In this document: one piece after another, positions 59,113 to 64,000 of the stretch | How the letters are laid out: every line of letters starts with the position of its first letter | How positions within the stretch are numbered: position 1 is the stretch's first letter | NCBI GenBank assembly: GCA_965216785.1 | Contig: OZ244197.1 | Span: forward strand, 96,001-160,000 | Direction of reading: 5' to 3' | Source: Thermodesulfobacteriota bacterium | GTDB lineage: Bacteria; Desulfobacterota_D; UBA1144; Nemesobacterales; UBA2774 | DNA: 64,000 bases | Position numbers and translations under genes: made by a program | Notes under the pieces: model-generated | What the model was told of the DNA's origin: nothing | The model's database searches: none | Seen by the model: the letters and a program-made list of their open reading frames with translations, nothing else

Positions 59113-59668
59113 ATGTTTCTGTTAGCCAATCATCCCTGAGCATAGAGTAAACTACGTGGTCTACAAAATGATCGTACAGCCATTCTGCCTGACGCAGAAC
59201 TCCCTCCTCTTTAAACCCGAGCCTCTCGGGTACAGCGCGGCTTTTGGAATTGACGGGCGCGCATCTTATCTCCACCCGGTTAAACCCCATATTGTTAAAC
59301 GCGTAATCCGTGAGGCCGCGGCAGGCCCTGGTGATGAGCCCACTGCCCTGATATGTCTCACCCAGCCAGTACCCGATGTGCGTAGAGCGGTTTAGCCAGT
59401 CAATGCGGTGAAGGCTGATGATACCGGCTATTGCGCTCTCGGTGCAGACTGCCAGGTTCATAGATAAGTTATCACTGTATTGCTTTCTTGAGAGCTTGAT
59501 GAAATCCACGGTGTTTTGAAGGTATTGATTGTTGTCAAGCCATGGAAGCCACTTACGTAGATACTGCCTATTGGAATCGATAAGTTCGAATAATTCCCCG
59601 GCGCGGCTCTCGTCAAGAGAGCTGAGCTCCAGAACCTCGTCTATTTTCAGCTCGAATTCGTCGTACAT
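59111..59668 (-). CDS. RimJ/RimL-family GNAT acetyltransferase
   Basis: LRKWLPW, IGYWLG, GF..EG.LR. Confidence 0.92.
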   Translation of the reverse strand: MYDEFELKIDEVLELSSLDESRAGELFELIDSNRQYLRKWLPWLDNNQYLQNTVDFIKLSRKQYSDNLSMNLAVCTESAIAGIISLHRIDWLNRSTHIGYWLGETYQGSGLITRACRGLTDYAFNNMGFNRVEIRCAPVNSKSRAVPERLGFKEEGVLRQAEWLYDHFVDHVVYSMLRDDWLTET

Positions 59669-59678
59669 AATACTTCCA

Positions 59679-60353
59679 TCAACTCGCTTGAGTGGGCGCT
59701 TGAAAAGGATTGTCGGTGCTTACGCTTACGCCTGATTGAGAATATAGTTTTCTGTATACATGAATTGACGCCATAAGAGTAATAGGGAATGCGACTAAAT
59801 AACCAACAAAGATGAGAAGCATTCCGATCAGGAGTATTAGCCCAATTAACATATCAAACAGGAAAAGACGCCACTTTATGCCATTTGTAATCTCAGAGCT
59901 CATGTTAAAGGCCGGAACAATATCCATACCCTTATCCACAACCAGGTAGAGAACGAACTGGTATTTAACCATGAAGTAGAAGCCCGGAACTATAAATAGT
60001 ATCAACCCTGCAGCGACAATAAGAAAATACAGCACATTAGCGAGCAGGAACTTAAAAAATAGCGGGAGGGAAAGTGTCAATATATCCTGCAAATCTCCTC
60101 TGTCGCCTTCATATATATTTAGAGCGACCCTAATGAAAACGATGTTCATAAACACACTGAACAGCGCAGAGCCGATGTTAAAAATTAAGGAAAGACTTGG
60201 AAGCTTCTCTTCGAATAAGCTTGCAAAAGTGCTGAAGAAAAAGCTTATCAAAAACACTATCAATATGAGTACGATGAAAAAACCGAGGTTCTCCGTCATT
60301 TTCTTCCATCCGTAGCTGATCGCCTCATCTATTGAAAACATCTTTTCGTTCAT
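59679..60353 (-). CDS. Integral membrane protein (DUF975-like)
   Basis: Multi-TM, IVPG motif. Confidence 0.75.
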   Translation of the reverse strand: MNEKMFSIDEAISYGWKKMTENLGFFIVLILIVFLISFFFSTFASLFEEKLPSLSLIFNIGSALFSVFMNIVFIRVALNIYEGDRGDLQDILTLSLPLFFKFLLANVLYFLIVAAGLILFIVPGFYFMVKYQFVLYLVVDKGMDIVPAFNMSSEITNGIKWRLFLFDMLIGLILLIGMLLIFVGYLVAFPITLMASIHVYRKLYSQSGVSVSTDNPFQAPTQAS

Positions 60354-60370
60354 GTGAGTTCTCCTATGAC

Positions 60371-61132
60371 TTACTTGGGCTTGTGTGCTGAAAAGAATAT
60401 ACGGTTATAGGGATAAAAAACCGGAGAGCCCGGGTATGACGATTTAAGCTTATCACCAATATCTGCCAGGAACTGTTCATGAAGCTCCGCGGGAAGGCGC
60501 TCAAGATAGGGCAAAATGGCTGTGCTCGAAAGCCAATCCAGCACCGCGTATGAGTCCGGGAGCACATGCGGATATATCTTTTCGAATACGACTAAGTCCT
60601 CTGCCCCACAGTCATATAAAAGCTCTGCATATTCCCTGATGGTAAGTACAGAATAATTTCTCGTCCACCCTTCTAAAGCCGAAGTATAGGGCTCCTCCAT
60701 ACCAGTCTCTAGAATGAAGCTCTGTGTTGGGTGGTTATGGTTTGAGGGAAGCTGTACAGCCAGCTGACCGCCCGGGCGGATGTGAGAAAAGAGTTTGGGA
60801 ATAAGCTCTCTGTGCTCAGGGACCCACTGGATTGCCGCGTTTGAGAAAATTAAGTCCCAATCATCCTCTATATCCGTAATGGAACGGAGCTCGAAACTTA
60901 GTCCGGGACATGATTTGTCCCTTGCCTGCTCAAGCATTTGTGGTGAAGAGTCTATTCCCAGTATTCGGCTTCCCGGTAGTTTCTCAGAGAGCATTTTCGT
61001 AAGCTCTCCCGTGCCGCAGCCCAGGTCAATAACCGACATCCCATCTTTGACGGTAATTAAATCTGCAAGATTGTAAAAGGGCGCAAAGCGCTCTTCCTGA
61101 AACTTATGATAGAGCTCTGGGTTCCATGACAT
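60371..61132 (-). CDS. tam: Trans-aconitate 2-methyltransferase-like
   Basis: WNP..Y, DLGCGTG, SNAAIQW, LAVQLP. Confidence 0.85.
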   Translation of the reverse strand: MSWNPELYHKFQEERFAPFYNLADLITVKDGMSVIDLGCGTGELTKMLSEKLPGSRILGIDSSPQMLEQARDKSCPGLSFELRSITDIEDDWDLIFSNAAIQWVPEHRELIPKLFSHIRPGGQLAVQLPSNHNHPTQSFILETGMEEPYTSALEGWTRNYSVLTIREYAELLYDCGAEDLVVFEKIYPHVLPDSYAVLDWLSSTAILPYLERLPAELHEQFLADIGDKLKSSYPGSPVFYPYNRIFFSAHKPK

Positions 61133-61262
61133 AGGCTGCTCCTGTTTTAAATATCGGGTAAAAATACTTAATACATAATATTATTTCCACTTACGACACA
61201 AAGAAATAATATGTTATGATTCTCTCCCCGTAGAAAGTTTATATATTAATTGGAGAGATTAT

Positions 61263-61649
61263 ATGTCCAGTCTCGTATACATAGCAATCGGCGGCGCTAC
61301 AGGAGCGCTTCTCAGGTATTCAGTGTCGGGTATCACTTACAAGTACTTTGACGGCTTTTTACCATGGGGTACGTTGGCTGTAAATATGATTGGGTGCTTT
61401 GCCATCGGGTTTTTATGGCAGATATTCGAAGTAATCGGGAGCTCACCCAATTCAAGGGCGTTCATTTTTATCGGTATACTGGGGGCCTTTACTACATTCT
61501 CGACATTCGGGCTCGAGAGCTTTAATCTCTTGAGAGAGGGACAAGTGGGTTATGCGCTTATAAACATTGTGCTGAGTAACGCGCTTGGTTTGGGACTGGT
61601 ATTTGCCGGGTTTATATTATCAAGATACATGATGAGCCTAATTAGATAG
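61263..61649 (+). CDS. crcB: Fluoride channel CrcB/Fluc
   Basis: GGATGALLRY, GTLAVN, GAFTTFSTF. Confidence 0.95.
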   Translation: MSSLVYIAIGGATGALLRYSVSGITYKYFDGFLPWGTLAVNMIGCFAIGFLWQIFEVIGSSPNSRAFIFIGILGAFTTFSTFGLESFNLLREGQVGYALINIVLSNALGLGLVFAGFILSRYMMSLIR

Positions 61650-61658
61650 GAGAGTGTT

Positions 61659-61991
61659 ATGAAAACTCGGGAAGAGGGGATGCTGCTTAGAATATTTATC
61701 GGTGAGACGGACAGGGCACAAGGAAAAGCGCTGTATGAGCAGATTGTGCTTAAAGCCAAAGAGCTACACCTGGCTTCAGTAAGTGTTACAAGGGGTATTA
61801 TGGGCTATGGAGCAGACAGTGAAATACACACTGCTAAAATACTGAGGCTTTCAGACGATCTGCCGGTTATAGTCGAGATTATAGACACGGAGGAAAACCT
61901 GGAAACGATACTTCCCTACCTGGAAGAGTGGATCGAGGACGGATTCGCAACCTTGGAAAAAGTTAGGGTTATTCAATATGGTAAGAGATGA
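61659..61991 (+). CDS. DUF190 (PII-like) protein
   Basis: LLRIFIGE, RGIMGYG, LPVIVEIID; usual crcB neighbour. Confidence 0.92.
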   Translation: MKTREEGMLLRIFIGETDRAQGKALYEQIVLKAKELHLASVSVTRGIMGYGADSEIHTAKILRLSDDLPVIVEIIDTEENLETILPYLEEWIEDGFATLEKVRVIQYGKR

Positions 61992-62073
61992 TCTCTTGCA
62001 AGGGATTATCTTGAAGGGGCATTCCAACTAATTTAAACTATCTGTGCAAGTAATATTAAGCTGAGGGAAATAA

Positions 62074-62517
62074 ATGAAGATAGCGGTCGGGAGTGACGAG
62101 CGTACGCATCTGACTGATTTTGTAATCGATGAGCTTGAAAAAAGAGGCATAGATATTGAGCTTCATGGACCTCTTAACGGTGAGGATATTGAATGGACGG
62201 ACGTCGCCGAAAGGGTGTCTGAAAGGGTAAGGGACGGGGAGTGCGAGCAGGGAATACTGTTCTGCTGGACGGGGACTGGGGTTAGCATAGCGGCAAACAA
62301 GGTGCCGGGCGTCAGAGCGGCCCTTTGCGTGGACGCGAAAACGGCTGAGGGCGCAAGGAAATGGAACGACGCGAACGTGCTCGCGATGAGCCTGCGGATG
62401 ACTTCGCCAACGCTTGCGGCTGAGATAATCGAAGCCTGGCTAAGCGCCGAGCCCGAAGAAGAGGAGCTTGAGAACATCGAGAAAGTAGGAAAGATCGAGA
62501 AAAAATACAACAGGTAG
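62074..62517 (+). CDS. rpiB: RpiB/LacA/LacB sugar-phosphate isomerase
   Basis: CWTGTGVSIAANK, WNDANVL. Confidence 0.85.
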   Translation: MKIAVGSDERTHLTDFVIDELEKRGIDIELHGPLNGEDIEWTDVAERVSERVRDGECEQGILFCWTGTGVSIAANKVPGVRAALCVDAKTAEGARKWNDANVLAMSLRMTSPTLAAEIIEAWLSAEPEEEELENIEKVGKIEKKYNR

Positions 62518-62543
62518 TAACGAAACAATAATTGGAGACAGAA

Positions 62544-63566
62544 ATGAAAAGCGAAGGTTACAACGTCGCAGTTGTAGGCGCCACAGGGGCGGTTGGACAG
62601 GAAATGATAGACATACTCTCGGAAAGAGACTTCCCAGTAAAAGAGTTAAGACCCCTTGCGTCTGAAAGATCGGCCGGGAAGAAAATTAAGTTCGGCGGAG
62701 AAAATATCGAAGTACAAAAGCTGGACGAGAACTCGTTTGAAGGAATAGACATTGCGCTCTTTTCGGCAGGCGGCGGGAGAAGCAGGGAATTTGCCCCCTT
62801 AGCAGTGGAAGCGGGAGCGGTGGTAATAGATAACAGCTCGGCTTTCAGGATGGATGAGGACGTGCCGCTGGTAGTTCCGGAGATTAATCCCGAGGCTATG
62901 GAGGGATACAGGAAAAAGGGGATAATCGCTAACCCTAACTGTACAACTGCCGTAACTATAATGGCGCTAAAGCCTCTTCACGACATAGGGAAAATTAAAA
63001 GAGTGGTTGCAGCGAGCTATCAGGCGGTTTCCGGCGCAGGGGCTCAAGCGATAGAGGAGCTGCGCTCGCAGACTCTTGCATGGGCGAATAATGAGAGCAT
63101 AGAGGCAAGCGCTTTTCCTCACCAGATAGCGTTTAACCTACTGCCGCATATAGACAGCTTTATGGAAAACGGTTATACGAAAGAGGAGATGAAGCTTCAT
63201 AACGAAACGCGGAAGATACTCTCTGATGATAAGATCGCGCTTACCGCAACGACGGTAAGGGTGCCTGTTTTCAGGGCGCACTCCGTAGCTGTGAACATTG
63301 AGACGGAGAAGAATATATCGATTACAGAGGCAAAAGAGGCGCTCGACAGATTTCCGGGTGTCAGGGTTGAGGATGAGCCTCAGAATCTCAAATATCCCAT
63401 GCCGATCGACGTTTCAGGGAAGGATGATTGTATAGTCGGGAGAATAAGAGAGGATTATACTGTCCCTTCAGGACTGAGTTTTTGGGTAGTGGGCGATCAG
63501 CTTAGAAAAGGGGCTGCGCTTAATGCGGTGCAAATTGCCGAGTTATTGGCAGAGGAGTATATCTGA
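62544..63566 (+). CDS. asd: Aspartate-semialdehyde dehydrogenase
   Basis: GATGAVG, NPNCTT, QAVSGAG, LRKGAALN. Confidence 0.97.
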   Translation: MKSEGYNVAVVGATGAVGQEMIDILSERDFPVKELRPLASERSAGKKIKFGGENIEVQKLDENSFEGIDIALFSAGGGRSREFAPLAVEAGAVVIDNSSAFRMDEDVPLVVPEINPEAMEGYRKKGIIANPNCTTAVTIMALKPLHDIGKIKRVVAASYQAVSGAGAQAIEELRSQTLAWANNESIEASAFPHQIAFNLLPHIDSFMENGYTKEEMKLHNETRKILSDDKIALTATTVRVPVFRAHSVAVNIETEKNISITEAKEALDRFPGVRVEDEPQNLKYPMPIDVSGKDDCIVGRIREDYTVPSGLSFWVVGDQLRKGAALNAVQIAELLAEEYI

Positions 63567-64000
63567 TGGCGCTAGGAAGTGTGATAAAGACTCTTGTAAA
63601 TAACCTTGTTACTCGTAATTACACCGAGATTCCGGAGAGGATTCAAACGGGACTCGATAAATACTTAAACGATAACGAGGAGATATTGTTAACACTCCTT
63701 AATTACCGCGCGATCTATAAAGCGCCCAGGTGGCTCGATAGCAATACGTTTTTTAACTCCTGGTTCGTACTGACTAATAGCAGAATAATAATCGCCCGGA
63801 ACTCTTCTCACTTTAAAAGATTCCGCGATATCCCGCTTAACGAGATAACCCAGATTTTTTATGAGCTTGAAGAAGACGAAGGCAGGATTTCGATAACCTG
63901 TCCGGGGAAAGAAGATATTATTGAATTTTCTAAGGGTACGTCCCCTTATTTTGAGAGCCTGGAAAAACAGCTAATCCATGCTCATGAGAACGCAAAGGAA
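63566..64000 (+). CDS. Partial bacterial PH-domain-like protein (runs off right edge)
   Basis: ATG overlapping the asd stop (TGATG); MALGSVIK...FVLTNSRIIIA. Confidence 0.6.
   Translation, partial: MALGSVIKTLVNNLVTRNYTEIPERIQTGLDKYLNDNEEILLTLLNYRAIYKAPRWLDSNTFFNSWFVLTNSRIIIARNSSHFKRFRDIPLNEITQIFYELEEDEGRISITCPGKEDIIEFSKGTSPYFESLEKQLIHAHENAKE

Noticed and set aside
61133-61262. Fluoride riboswitch upstream of crcB
   Set aside because: No GGCGATGG...CTGATG consensus; only AT-rich hairpins and a weak TCTCTCC/GGAGAGA pairing

Overview
The window has three parts. (1) 1-~20,020 is an AT-rich array of three different tyrosine-integrase elements built around one tRNA-Pro(CGG) gene (13803-13880, minus strand). 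Element A runs off the left edge. Element B (~12.5 kb) looks like a phage satellite/PICI, with Xis, DnaB-N/AAA helicase, TerS-like, HEPN, SLOG and TPR genes; it sits conventionally on the tRNA 3' side. Element C (~6.1 kb) is a minimal pipolin-like element with a divergent primer-independent PolB fused to an HTH. It sits on the tRNA 5' side and supplies the 5' half and promoter of the intact tRNA, while the apparent native promoter is left with a 5' tRNA fragment that reads into the element's integrase, a reciprocal promoter swap. (2) ~20-29.6 kb is an accessory block of secreted/lipoprotein genes (beta-propellers, M43 protease, TetR with operators, OmpA). (3) ~29.7-64 kb is ordinary higher-GC chromosome: pepF, A2-type caa3 oxidase operon, mreBCD-mrdA-rodA, ygfZ-like, trxB, metY-metX, P450, crcB, rpiB, asd. 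The gene content suggests a Gram-negative deltaproteobacteria-like host (possibly Ca. Dadabacteria; inference only). Family calls come from motif recognition, not database searches.
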